DNA of 64,000 nucleotides from Stegostoma tigrinum (taxonomy: Eukaryota): positions 27,840,116-27,904,115 of the forward strand of contig NC_081363.1 of the NCBI RefSeq assembly GCF_030684315.1. The letters run 5' to 3'. Under the pieces are notes generated by a model that worked only from the letters and a program-made list of their open reading frames with translations, was not told where the DNA came from and made no database searches. Positions within the stretch are counted from its first letter, which is position 1. Each line of letters starts with the position of its first letter. Below, piece by piece: positions 13,822 through 26,774 of the stretch. Both the position numbers and the translations under genes were made by a program.

Positions 13822-14600
13822 GAACATAGGAATGACAGCAGGGCAAACAGCCTCTTAAGTTTGCTTTGCCATTCAGTAACATTGTGCTTAATTTGTACAT
13901 CAACTTTTATTTACCTGTCTCCCAAGCATATCTCTTCGTAGTCTTACCTCACATAAATTTATAAAGTTCAGTCTTGAAATTTCCAATTGATTAATTTGAC
14001 CTTTTGGAGAAGAGAATTCAGGACTTCCCCAATTCTTTGTGCAATAGAGTCCTTTCTGATTTCACTTCTAAATGATTTGGCTCTAATTTTAACATTATGC
14101 CCTCTTGTTCTGGATTCTACATTTCACTAGAGGAGACTTGACATCACAAATGCTCCCAGATGTGGCCTGAACAAAGCTCCATACAATTTAAGCTCATATT
14201 TAAATTTCAACCCCACTCCATGCCCAATGAGAAAATTATAAATATTCAATTCACCTTTGTTTTATTACTTTCCCTTGCCCACTCATGTGTAATGATTTTA
14301 TGCATCCTAACAAACTGTAATTTGTAGGGTTGGATATTTATCCCTGTGTTCTTTCATCCAAATTATTAAAATTGATTAATATTATTATTTTATTGCAGTG
14401 TATTAATGTATCGATAATATGAAAAACCAAGGTCCCAGTACAGAACCCTTGGGAACATCATTTGGCACATTTCACCAAGAGAATGCTCACTCTATCTCCA
14501 TGCTGTGGCTTGCATTTCAGTCAATAACTAGCGCACTTCATAAGGTTACCACTAAATCTATGCAGTCTAACTTTTGCCAATAATTGCTTATGCACAACCC
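13822..14600 (-). mobile_element. Old degenerate CR1 LINE
   Basis: aacataggaatgacagcagggc tail and residual ggtcccagtacagaacccttggg (GVPQGSVLGP, antisense). Confidence 0.6.
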
Positions 14601-14698
14601 CATCATAGTATATTTTTCAAATGTTGTTTTCAATGATTTTAAAGTTATTTGCAGGTGGTGAATTGACTTGTTCATTAAGAATACTTTTTTTGTAATAA

Positions 14699-14801
14699 GA
14701 GATGCCGGAGAATCCGAGGCCTGAAAGCCTAGGCCTGAAACATCAGCCTTCCTGCTCCTTTGATGCTGCTTGGCCTGTTGTGTTCATGTAGCTCTACACC
14801 A
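14699..14801. mobile_element. Family A pseudo-LTR insertion with inverted tail and 14-bp TSD
   Basis: TTTTTTTGTAATAA at 14685-14698 and 14802-14815; inverted tail piece gagatgccggagaatccgag followed by a sense pseudo-LTR. Confidence 0.8.
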
Positions 14802-15109
14802 TTTTTTTGTAATAAATTCATTTTCCGTTGTATTAACCAACTAAACTGAGTTCTCACTCTTAACCATATTAATATATCAGATTTTAAAAGCTAAATTGTT
14901 AAAGCAAATGTCTGATTACCTACTGTTTATGTTGGTTCATGGCAGATTTTACTTTTGGTGATGTGCAAATGACTTTAAGTGGGGGGGTGCAGTGCTGATA
15001 GAGAAATGCAATGCTCAAAACTAGTGGAAGTTTTGGTGCAATTTGGGCCTGGATTGCTAATCATGCTCAATGCAAAATCTCTACCATTTCAATTACATTC
15101 ACATACTTA

Positions 15110-15661
15110 ATAGAACATAGAACATAGAACATAGAACAGTACAGCACAGAACAGGCCCTTCAGCCCACAATGTTGTGCCAACCATTGATCCTCATGTATG
15201 CACCCTCAAATTTCTGTGACCATATACATGTCCAGCAGTCTCTTAAATGACCCCAATGACCTTGCTTCCACAACTGCTGCTGGCAACGCATTCCATGCTC
15301 TCACAACTCTCTGCGTAAAGAACCTGCCTCTGACATCCCCTCTATACTTTCCACCAACCAGCTTAAAACTATGACCCCTCGTGCTAGCCATTTCTGCCCT
15401 GGGAAATAGTCTCTGGCTATCAACTCTATCTATGCCTCTCATTATCTTATATACCTCAATTAGGTCCCCTCTCCTCCTCCTTTTCTCCAATGAAAAGAGA
15501 CCGAGCTCAGTCAACCTCTCTTCATAAGATAAGCCCTCCAGTCCAGGCAGCATCCTGGTAAACCTCCTCTGAACCCTCTCCAAAGCATCCACATCTTTCC
15601 TATAATAGGGCGCCCAGAACTGGACGCAGTATTCCAAGTGCGGTCTAACCAAAGTTTTATA
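15110..15661 (-). mobile_element. Young CR1/HER1 LINE 3' fragment with an open ORF2 C-terminus
   Basis: 148-aa uninterrupted [36 protein letters not shown]...; (ATAGAAC)n 3' tail repeat. Confidence 0.95.
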
Positions 15662-16609
15662 GTTTTATACATCTGGATGTAGGTATGAGAAGTTAAACCA
15701 CATGAAATATAGTATGGCTTTCAATTCCTGTTCAGTGAAACGCTAATTTCTTTTTCTTAAATATCGTAATACTGATTATATATCACTATAATTTATTATC
15801 TGTCCACGATCTTGAAGCTTTCGATTTATAACGGAAACAAAGCCAGTCAAGACTGGCATTTGGATTATATACTTTGGAGTATATAAGGAGAAGCAATTTA
15901 CAATAGATTTATAGATTTTATTATTGATTGAGCAGTTTCAGTTTGTTTTCACATGTTCTTGTGAAAATAATCTTAAATTAAGAGATGGTAGAGTGCTTTA
16001 TTTTAGGAGGCATGCACTGGTTACACGTTTTACTCATAATTAGCCATCGTCCACAAAGGCATCTCTCTTCATTTGCAATACATTTGGTTACATGTAGCTT
16101 GAGGCACCATTCTGCATGCATGAGGCATGGCAAGGAGGCAAATACCATAGCTGGTACACTGATAAAGCCCCGCACTGGCATTATTCTGCATTACACTCTA
16201 ACCATCCAACCTAACCAAACTCGACTAACGCAACTCATTTTGGGAATGAAGTTGTCTTTTTTTCCAATTTTGATGCACAAGATACATAGTTCTCATCTGA
16301 AACATCTTTATCCAATACCTGGCGCAGATATTGTAGAAATTAGTAGGATGAACTATTAACAAGGTATATTTTAAAGTTGTCGGAAACAAGCCTTTCCACT
16401 TCCCAGCTAATTAGACACTAAGTTACAATGCTACTACATATCTTTACAGTTCTTTTCCTTCTAATTTGTCTTAAATTTGCCATTATGAGGTAGCATCTCT
16501 GCCTCTGGGCAAGAAGCTCCGAGTTCATATCCAAATGACCGCAATGTAAGGTGCCTTCATGACACAGCTGAACAGGTGCATTATCAACCTGAAAACCTTA
16601 GGAAGAAGG

Positions 16610-17160
16610 TCTTAGGTTACAGGAGGATATAGATGGATTGGTCAATTGTGCAGATCAGTGACAGATGGTATTTAAACCTCATAAATATAAGGTGATTCAC
16701 TTTTGAAGAAGTAAGAAGACAAGGGTGTACTTGATGAATAGCAGGCCTTTAGGAAGCTCAGAAAAGCAGAGGAATCTTGGGGTGCTTGTACACAGATCCC
16801 TGAAGATGGCAGGACAAGTTAAAAGGTAAGTTAAGAAGGTATATGGGACAATATACCATACCATACTGTACTATGCTTTGAAGGGTCAATAACAAGGGGC
16901 ATAGTGTTAAAGTGAAAAGCAGAAGGTTTACAGGGAATATATGAAAGAACCTTTTCATCCGCAAGGTGGTGGGCATCTGGAATGCACTGCCGGAGAGGTT
17001 ATTGAGGCAGGAAACCTCATTAAGTATTTAAAAGAGCATTTGAAATGTCATAACATCCAAAGCTCTGTGCCTAGGGCTAGAAAGAGGCACCAGTATAGAT
17101 TTAGAGTAGTTTTTGTTAGTGCAGACTCCATGGGCTGAAGGGCATCTTCTGTACTCTGTG
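16610..17160 (+). mobile_element. CR1 LINE fragment with internal deletion
   Basis: Degenerate similarity to the other CR1 3' halves. Confidence 0.75.
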
Positions 17161-17899
17161 AGCTTCCAATATGCCAGTGGCAAGCGGTAAGAATGGGAGT
17201 GTTGCCTGGACAGTGAGAACCATGTGGCAGCTGTAACACGTCAGTCTCCCTGTGTTCCAGATGTCCACACCTCAGTTATTGACACAGACTGTACTCTCTG
17301 GTAAGATTTCTCATCATTTCAAGGGATTGCCAGTTTCTGCAAGTTTCTCATTACAAAGGTATATTCAAAATGGTGGTTAAAAAGCATGAGTTCAGGTACT
17401 TAGAAACATTACTCAAGGTATGAAACTTTGACTAGAGTAGTTGAAATTGTGACCCACTTTTAAGAATTTAATTCTTAACAATTTGAACTAACACACTCAA
17501 TGGGGAACTAATGGGATCAGATCAGTTGGTTTTATGTCCAGCTGATCTTATTTGCTACATAGTTGAGGCCTGAGAAATTATGGGCTGAACAGTCCTTTTT
17601 TGGTCAACTCCAAGTTGTATCAAATATTTTGTAGTGTTTGTCATTGTGAGGCCAAACAAGTTCTCTCGTTGTATCTTAAAAGTGTCTCATTGATTGTCTA
17701 CCCTTTCCCTCCGGTGACCATTCCTTTTGATATATGCCCCATCCTACTGCAAGCCTTTTCCAAGACAACTGTCCACTCAGTGGTGTCTGCCCAAAGACCA
17801 GCATGCCTTGCAACTGTTCCATCTTTAAAGCATGATAGTGCACCTGAACAAGTACTGGCATTCTGAATCTGCCCTGCTTGTTGATGGACGTAACACAAA

Positions 17900-19830
17900 A
17901 TGTCAGAGAAAAAGAAGATGGCACCATGATTCAAACTCAGGGACATGGAGGTCTTGGTTGACATGCTGGTGCAGAGGAGGGTCACCCTCTTCCCAAATAC
18001 TATCAGACGAGACTGCACCACTAGATTTTGCCATCCCTTAGCCTTAAATTAAGACTTCTCATTCTAGATTACCCCACAAGGGGAAATATCCTCCCTTTGT
18101 TAATTACCTTTAGCATTTTGTACACCTCAAGTAGATCTCCTTGCATGCTTCTAAACCCTCATAAACTTTTCAATCTCTCCACAAAAGAAAAGGCTTCGTC
18201 ACTGGAATAAACTGTTTCTGAACTGGTTCCAATACAATTACATCCTTCCTCAAGTAAGGAGACCTGTAGTACTCCAGGTGCTGTCTCATTAATACCTTCA
18301 ACAATTGCAACAACACTTCACTGCTTTTATCCTTTATTTATTAAGCAATAAATGTGAACATTTCATTGGCCATCCTTATTACCCGCTGTGCTGGCATTCT
18401 AGCTTTCTGTGAATTGTGCAAGAGGATCCCAGATCCCTCTGGACTGAAACTTTTGGAAGTTTCTCTCCATTTAGATAATAAATTGTCTTTTTATACTTCT
18501 GGCCAAAATGAATAACTTCACACTTATCGATGTTAATCTCCATCTGCCAAATCTTGAGCTATTCGTCAAACCTATCTATATTTGTTTGTAATTTTCTGCT
18601 TCAACATTGCAAATTTCTTTCTCACCTATTCTAGTGTCGTTTGCAAATTTGGCTACAGTATACTCAATCCCTGCATCCAAAGCTGTAGTATAGATAGTAA
18701 ATAGTCCCAGTCGAGGACTGAAACCTGCGGCAGTTCACTGGTTAAATCTTGCCAAACAGAAGAAGACCTATTTGTTCCAACCCTCTGCTTTCTGTTGGCT
18801 AGCCAATACTCTACCTCAGCTAATAAATTACCCCAACACCTCAGCTAATAAGTTACCATTACCTAATGTGATCTTACCTTGTGTATTAATCTTTGGTGCG
18901 GTACCTTTCAAATGCCTCTAGATGTCCAGCTATGCCACATCTACAGGGACCTGGAGGTCTTGGATGAGGGTTGATACAAAGTATCACTTGAAGAACTCTA
19001 GCAAATGATTCACCCTTCATGAAGCCATGTAGACACTGATGAATTGTGTTTTGACTTGCCAAAAGTCCCTTTACCGCTTCCTTTATAATGGATTTTAACA
19101 ATTTCCTAATGACATTCGTTAAATTAATCATTTACTACTTTGTGTCCCCCTATTTTGAATAAGCGTGTTGCATTAGCAATTTTCCCATCCAGTAGAACCC
19201 TTCCAGAATCCAGTATATTTTGGAATATTATAGCCTCTGCACCTACTACCTTAGCTGCTACTTCCTTAATATGTGGTCAAAAAGCAAGAGTTCGGGTACT
19301 TAGAAACATTACTCAAGGCATGAAACTTTGACTAGAGTAGTTGAAATTGTGAACCACTTGTGTCTGTTTCTTTTGATATATGCTTCATTGAAGACCCTAG
19401 GATATGGAGCATTAGGCCCTGGAGAGTTGTCTGCCTTTATCCCAATATTTTGTTCTGTAACTTTTCTCTACTGATGACAATTGTTTTAAATTCTTTCTTT
19501 TCCAAAATCTCTGCATTCCCTATTATTATCGACATAGTTTTAGTGTACTCCACTATGAAAGCTGAGGCAAGATGTTTATTTTGTGTCTCTGCCATTGCGG
19601 TGTTTCCCATTATTAACTCCCCAGGCTTTCACATACCACATGGCCATTTCACCCATTCCTTCATTTTTCTCATTGCAGGAGAAAACAACTCATAACAGGG
19701 CAGGGAGAGACTAGACAGGTGAATGTGAGCCAAATACCAGATTCCTCACCCACTATGAGGAAAGAGTTACGGCACTCACAGTGCTGAAATCTCCGTGCCC
19801 CATCAAACAAATAAGTACCATTCTGCTCGT
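17900..19830 (+). pseudogene. Harbinger/PIF-type Myb/SANT DNA-binding gene remnant, split by a CR1 insertion
   Basis: 17900: MSEKKKMAP*FKLRDMEVLVDMLVQRRVTLFP; after acceptor ctcattgcag at 19679: EKTTHNRAGRD*TGECEPNTRFLTHYEERVTAL. These match my recollection of Harbinger Myb/SANT motifs (APRF..DLEVL..., HN.RE..TGGG...LT..EE). Confidence 0.6.
18030..19625 (-). mobile_element. Degenerate CR1 LINE (RT region)
   Basis: INLTNVIRKLLKSIIKE...HGFMKGES in ORF 18886..19131. Confidence 0.8.
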
Positions 19831-20440
19831 CCCATTAACTTTCAACATTAGATGTCACTCTTAACCAATGGCTGCAACATCTTCTGTCTCTTTTGTCTTG
19901 AAGGCCCCGCAAGCCAACTTTACCCTCAGTGTCAATATGCCTGGCTCCACCAGAAACTCTATCCTTGATATCAAAGGACAACAGTAAACAGACCATCTAG
20001 ACAGAAGCATGTTGAGGTCAACCCAACAAAGCTCCTGGGCCAACATCCTGTACCTCAGAAAAGACACCCTCCACTGCACCAGGGAGAGGACCTAAAGTAG
20101 TGGAAATGTGAGAATGAAGAAAACACATCAAAGGCATTTTGATGGTATGGGTAAAGAAGGCTATCTTGTTATTCAAAAAATATACATAAATGTTATTGAC
20201 TGTAACTTTCATGCATCAGCTTCTGATGCTCTCTGTGTAGGTCCTTAATACATTGTAACACCATCCTGCATCAACTTGTGGCCAAACAAGAGGCTTTGCA
20301 GACTGTGGTTTGTCCTCAGAGCTGATAGCATCAGCTACAAAGAGGAGAGAATTAATGTGTACGCATGGCTTCCTGTCCTGTAGGCACCTTTGGCCTTCCT
20401 GGCTGATGATACCTAATATTCGGATCCTTTTGTATGCTGA

Positions 20441-20730
20441 GGGGAGTAAGGCGTCTCAGTGGTTAGCACTGCTGCTTAGCAGCACCAGGGACCTGGGTTC
20501 AATTCCAGTGTCAGGTGACTGTCTGTGTGAATTTTTCACATTCTCCCCTTGTCAGTGTGGTTTCCTCCTGCAGTCCAAAGATGTACAGGTTAGGTGGATT
20601 GGCTGTGCTAAATTGCCCATAGTGTCTAGGGTGGAAAATGCAGGGATAAGATATAGGGTGAGTCTGGATGGGGTGTTCTTTGCAGGGTTATTGTGGGTTC
20701 AATGGGCTGAATGGTCTGCATCCATGCTGC
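20441..20730 (+). mobile_element. HE1-like V-SINE
   Basis: tRNA head ctcagtggttagcactgctg...gggttcaattcc, V-domain gtctgtgtg...cagtccaaagatgtacaggttaggtggattggc, CR1-like tail. Confidence 0.88.
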
Positions 20731-21074
20731 AAGCATTTTTAAAAAAGGGTAAAAATGTGAAAGAGTTGTTCAGCAGTGAATATGCTAAGGACATGCCATC
20801 TTCAGACTGGGTAAACTGTGCAGAGTGGCCAGAGATTGTGCATTCTACAGGCCTGTGCATGAGATATTTCAGGGACACATGACCCAAGGAGTTCCCATTT
20901 AAAAGCACTCTGAATGTTGTGTGCTTCAGCCCCTCCCATACAGATTGAGTCACTTATCCCACTCACTCTGTGTAAGTCATTGCTATTTTCCTTTCTCCAT
21001 TGATGTTTAGCACAATGGAAGGTGAGAGTGAGTGCTCCTCCTCCAGTGGTTCCCAGACTGGCCAAGAATAAGCT

Positions 21075-21485
21075 ACGTTTACTCCCCCTGGTGTGTCGGA
21101 GGCTGAGGGGTGACTTTATAGAGGATTATAAAGTCATGAGGGGCATGGATAGGGTGAATAGCCAAGGTCTTTTTCCTAGGGCAGGGGAGTCCAAAATTAG
21201 AGGGCACAGGTTTAAGGTCAGAGGGGCAAGACTTAAAAGGGACCTAAGAGGCCATTGTTTCACACAGAGGGTGGTGCATGTGTGAAATGAGCTGCCAGAG
21301 GAAGTATTGTGGCTGGTACAATGACAACATTTAAAAGTCATCTGGATGGTTACATAATAGAAAAGGTTTAGAGGGACATGGGACAAATGCTAACAAATAG
21401 GACTAGATTAATTTAGGATACCTGGTCAGCATGGATGAGTTGGACAAAAGGGTCTGCTTCTATGCTTACATCTCGATGACTCTAT
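21075..21485 (+). mobile_element. CR1 LINE 3' fragment
   Basis: RRLRGDFIEDYKVMRGMDRV...RGHRFKV. Confidence 0.9.
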
Positions 21486-21571
21486 GGCTGTTTAGCCTTT
21501 GCTCATCACTCCATGCCATGGAGCATTCTATTGAATTGTAGTGAACCTCCCTAGTGACCTATCTGTCAGCC

Positions 21572-21815
21572 TGATCAGAATCACACTTCGCCAACCCCAA
21601 CCAAGTCAACCCGATCAGAATCACACCTCCCCCCACAAGTCAACTCAATCAGAATCAGACTTTATCCCCCCAAGTAAACCCAATCAGAACCAAACGTTAG
21701 CCCCCAAGTCAACTCGATCAGAGGTCACACTCCCTCCCCCAAGTCAACTCGATCAGAATCACACCTCCTCCCCTGGCAAGTCAACTCGATCAGAATCACA
21801 CTTTCCCCTAAGTCC
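21572..21815. repeat. Minisatellite, about 35-bp unit, about 7 copies
   Basis: Repeated caagtcaactcgatcagaatcacac plus a variable C-rich linker. Confidence 0.9.
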
Positions 21816-23259
21816 CCGCCTAATATTCTCCAACACGGACCTATTCTTCACACTCAGATTCAGGCATACAGGTGAACATGTCTGGGCCAGGGTGCTCCTG
21901 ACGGGATGACCGTCCCTTCTCTCATTAAAACCTACCCAACCAGAATTTATACCCACGTCTCCTTTGACATATATGGCTCACTTTGCCTCCCCATTCACTA
22001 ATGGCACAGCACTGTTGTCCAGAGCCTGCAGCACTCATTCCTGAATACTAAACTGCTGCTATTCCAACCCCTCCCACACACCCCCATTCCTCTTCCCCTC
22101 CCCTCTTGGTTTCTGAAGACAAATCCAAAGGACGGACTGTGGCTCAACCCTTTGACCAACATGAGCAGACAAGGTGTGCCAAGATTCCTGACTCACCATA
22201 TGTCTGTGTATTTGCTAGTACATGGTGCAGGTGATTGATGGAGTACGTCATACTTAGCAAAATCTGTGCCCTGTAGACGGAGGACGAGCTCAACCTGAGT
22301 AGCTGAAAGGCAAACCTCCTGTGGAGTGACTATACTAATTGAGACAAAGCAGCAAGGCAAGGCAGTGACACTGTGAACAAGCAGGTAGTTAAGTGAGAAC
22401 TCAGAGACCAAGTGGGCAACCGTGAGATGCAACTACTCCGACCCATGAGCTGGGTCCCTGTACCTGTGTACAAAGCGTCTCCTTTGCAATCTTTCAATGC
22501 AAATTGCTGATGTGAGGGGTAATGCAAGTCTGTGCTTACAAATCACACTCAGATAGTTGATATTGTCTTACAGATGTCAAGTATCAATGTCCACAGAGGA
22601 GGAACGGTGTGCGTGTATCTTGCTCTGGCTTGCTGTTCGGCCTCAAGTAATGTAGAGGTGCAAGTTATGAGCTGAATCTGCCAGGTACCCACCCAGGTCC
22701 TTTTTGAGTTTTCCCAACATTGAGTTTGATTGGCAAGTTTGGTAAGCTGGGACTTGTGAATATTAATAAGACAAGTTTTGTTTCGTGAGATTCTCACCAT
22801 GCCACTAGTGAAAAGTATAAAGGATGGATCAAGAAGATTTTGTCATCCAGGTGGGTCTCACTGCAACCATTGCCCAAGTCTGGCACACATCTCACCAGAG
22901 CCCACATCACTCAGAGCTCTGTAAGAGACCAAGCCCACTTTCAAGTTTCTTGAATGTGAAAGTGCGTCAGAGGATTGGAGGGGCCAGTGTTTGCTCATTT
23001 CAAAGGGGAGGCAAACTTATTCTAGGTAGTAGAGCAAGCTAGTTTAACATTGCTGGTGAGACAAATATTATGAACTTTAATTAAAGCAGAAAGTTTTCAA
23101 CATCTGAATGAAGAAAACATAATTTTGAGGAACCAGGTGGAAATTTCAAATCAAAGGATTATACAAGACTAATCTGATAGCATTCTTTGGGGAGTAATAA
23201 ATGTCTGTGTGTGTGTGTAGGGTGAGGGTGATTGGTGAGGATAGTAAGTGACGGCTAAC

Positions 23260-23745
23260 ATTCCTCAAGATCATAGCTGATCAGCCCAGGCCTCAACTCC
23301 GCTTTCATGCCAGATCCTCATCGCCTTCATCTCCCCAGTATTTCAAAAATTTATCTCCCATCTCTTTTAATACTTTCAGCGATCTAGCCTCCATAACTCT
23401 CTGTGGTAGAGTATTCCAGAGGTTCATAACCTTCAGGGAGAAGAAATTCTTTCACACCCCAGTTTTAATTGGGTGCCCCTTACTCTTTAACTATGCCCCT
23501 TAGTTTGCCCCTTAGCGGAAACATCTTCTCAACATCCATTCTGTTGGAGTCTTGCATGTAATAATGAGATCACACCTCATTTTTTCTGAACTCTCACAAA
23601 TGAAATCCCAAGCTGTTCAATCACTGTTGGGTAAGTTAGCCTGTTGCTCTGAGGAATCAGCCGAGTGAATTGCTTTTGAACTGCCTCCAATGCATGGATA
23701 TCTTTCCTTAAATATAAGGACCAAACTGGACCTGGTATTCCAGGT
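23260..23745 (-). mobile_element. CR1 LINE fragment
   Basis: WSLYLRKDIHALEAVQKQFTRLIP. Confidence 0.8.
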
Positions 23746-25321
23746 GCCGAGCTGAGGCCATACGTGGCCATTCATTGCCCACATTTAAAAGGCTGAACTT
23801 GTGGTGAGCACAACTGACATGTTCAAAAGGCTCTTATAGCACAGAGTTAGGGTTCCTATCTCTGAGCTAGGTAAGGTCAGGTTCAAGCCCCACCTGTCCC
23901 AAAAGGGTGCAATAGCATCTCGGAACAGGTAGATTAGGAAAATATTTACAATTCACTTCTGTTTCCATAAAAATTTGACTTAACAATGTGGAATTTGGAC
24001 TTCACTTTAAAAAGGGGTTGAAGATTCCCAGTTTCAGAGGACATCCCATGTGCCAGAATTACGTGTGGGAAAAATTCAAGGCCACGCAGCTTTCAAGTGA
24101 CATTTGGGTGTCTAGGACATCAAGCCACTTGTTGATGCTAATGAATAGTCCACATTTGTTTTGGCATGGAGGGAGGGAATGAAGGTTATGAGAATACAAC
24201 AGGAAAGTGGAGTTGAGGATTCTCAGACCAGCCACAATCTCATTGAACCGCAAAGCAAACTCAATGAGCTGAATGGTCTACTTCTGCTGCTACATCTTAT
24301 TTTACTTAAGTAACCTTCCACAAATGAAGTGGGCATCAGGTTTTGCTGGATGCCCTATGGTCTATCATGTGCTCCTCAAGTGCTTCCCTTTAGACTCTGC
24401 TGACCATGATCCAGCTTCCATATGTTCTTGTGCCCCTGCCTCTTCCGAACCTGCCCAAGGGCACAGCCAGCAAGCCAAATGACACAAGATGTAATTCTCT
24501 TGCCTCTGTAGGTGTAACATATAACAGCAGCTCACCTCTCTGTTCAAGTGGACAGAGTCTGAGACCAGATCAATTTCTACCCCAACTAGAAGCAGATACT
24601 AAAATTGCAAGCATTCAGTCACCACACTGGTTGACAATATCACAGTGCATAATGCAATGATATAAGAGAGTAGGAAAATAAACTAAATGTGAAAAATAAC
24701 TAAAATTGCATATTTACCATAAATCCTGAAACTGTGTATCCCCTAGCACTGTGCATCCTAAAATATCACAACATAATTCCCATGAAACTGATATTGGATA
24801 TCAAAGCTACTTCTGTGATTGAAGAGGAAAAATAAGCAAGCTTGACACAACTCCATAAATCATTTGCTCAATATGTTATTAAACTAAGGTAAAGGGCTTT
24901 ATTGTCAAGGCAAGCAAATATTCACATACATAAACAGTTTGCCAAGTGCTATCAATATGTGCAGTGTGTCAAACAGCAGCACCAACTTACATTTAAACAA
25001 CGCTTCAGTATTCCAAAATGTTCCACAAAAGTTAGCTGATATTGTTAACAGTTCCCATGTTCCTGAAGTACTGCCCCGTGCTTTAATTGTGCAGTTATCA
25101 CCCTTCCACTTTTGTTTAATCTTAAACCTGTTACCCTTGCAAACTGTCATTTAAAAGCAAAGGACCCTTTTGTCTCCAAAATTCTTAATATTTTTGTTGC
25201 CTCTCTAGGCTGTGCCCACTTTCCTTACATTCCATTTAATTGGGTAGGGAAGCAAAGTGAGATCATGGCTGATCATCTGCCGCAGTACCATTTTCCTCCA
25301 TATCCCATGATGTCATTATCC

Positions 25322-26310
25322 ATAAGACCATAAGACATAGGAGCAGAAATTAAGCCATTCTGCCCATTGAGTCTGCTCCACCATTCAATCATGACTGATA
25401 AGTTCTTCAAACCCATTTTCCTGCTTTCCCGCTGTAACCCTTGATGCCCTTGAAAATCAAGAACCTATCTATCTCAGTCTTAAATGTACTCAATGACCCA
25501 GCCTCCATAGCCTGCAGTGGCAGTGAATTTCATAGGTTCACCGCTCCATGGCTGAAGACGTTTCTCCATATCTCCGTTCTAAAAGGTCCTCCCTTTACTC
25601 TAAGGCTGTGCGCTCAGGTCTTAGTCTCTCCTACCAATGGACACATCTTCCCAACATCCACTCTGTCCAGGCCATTCAGTATTTTGTAAGTTTCAATTAG
25701 ATCCCCCCTCATCCTTCTAAACTCCAATGAGTATAGACCCAGGGTCCACAAACGTTCCTCATATGTTAAGCTTTCCAAATCTGAGACCATTCTTGTGAAC
25801 CTCCTCTGAACCCACTCCAGGGCGTACATCCTTCCTGAGATATGGCGCCCAAAACTGCACGCAATACTCTCAGTGTGACCTGACTAGAGCCTTATATAGC
25901 CTCAGTAGTACATCCCTCTTTTATATTCAAGTCCTCTCAAAATAAATGCCAACATTGCATTTGCCTTCTTGACTACTGACTCAACCTACAAGTTTACCCT
26001 GAGAGAATCCTCGACTAGAACTCCCAAGATCCAGAAATCTATCAATTATCGTCTTGAAATTGCTCAATAGCTGAGCATCCTTCGCCTCTGGGGTAAGAAA
26101 TTCTTCCTCATTTTAATTTTAAATGGCCTGTTTCTTACATCCCCTAGTTTGAGCTTCACCATCCAAGTAACCTCACACTTATTCACAATATATTTCATTT
26201 TCCATGTTCCAACACATTCACTTAGTCCACCCAAATGCTCTTGACGTCTCCTTGGATCCTCCTTACAACTTACCTTCCCTTCCACCTTTGTGTTGCCTGC
26301 AAATATGTGG
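25322..26310 (-). mobile_element. CR1 LINE 3' region (nested fragments)
   Basis: [13 protein letters not shown]...[21 protein letters not shown]; (CATAAGAC) tail. Confidence 0.9.
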
Positions 26311-26774
26311 CATTACTGGGCTAGTAATCCAGAGGCCAGGATTGAAGACAAATAGTCAAACCCCAGCATGATGGCTGAACAAATATGAGTTCAGTTGATG
26401 AAATAAATCTGGAATAAAAAGTTAGCCTCAATAGTGTTGGCAATTTGTTGACTGAATTATTTTAAAGCCTATGAATGGATTATATGTGTAGTAAGGGATA
26501 TATTACACCCTAATTCATCCTGGCCTCTACATAATTCCAGTTGACAATTAGTTGCCTTTCATACAGCCTGGTAAATCATTTGGATGTATCAAACCTATAT
26601 GGAAAAATAAGAATAAAATTAGATGGGCCACTCCTGTCAATGAAGGCACATCCATCTCATTCCACATTGCAAAGTTTTCTTCAAACATTTGCAAAAAGGG
26701 AAAAAGAGTAGGCCATTCAGCCTTTGAGACTGCTCCACCATTCAATAAGATCTGATTTGAACCTCCAACCCATA

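Noticed and set aside
20441-20515. tRNA gene
   Set aside because: A/B boxes belong to the SINE head; no complete cloverleaf and it continues into the V-domain.
21572-21815. CRISPR-like repeat/spacer pattern
   Set aside because: Linkers are only about 8-16 nt, C-rich and related to one another; repeats are degenerate; no cas genes; vertebrate context.
25400-26030. Apparent segmental duplication with 50195-50830
   Set aside because: Similarity is confined to CR1 sequence; these are two copies of one subfamily.
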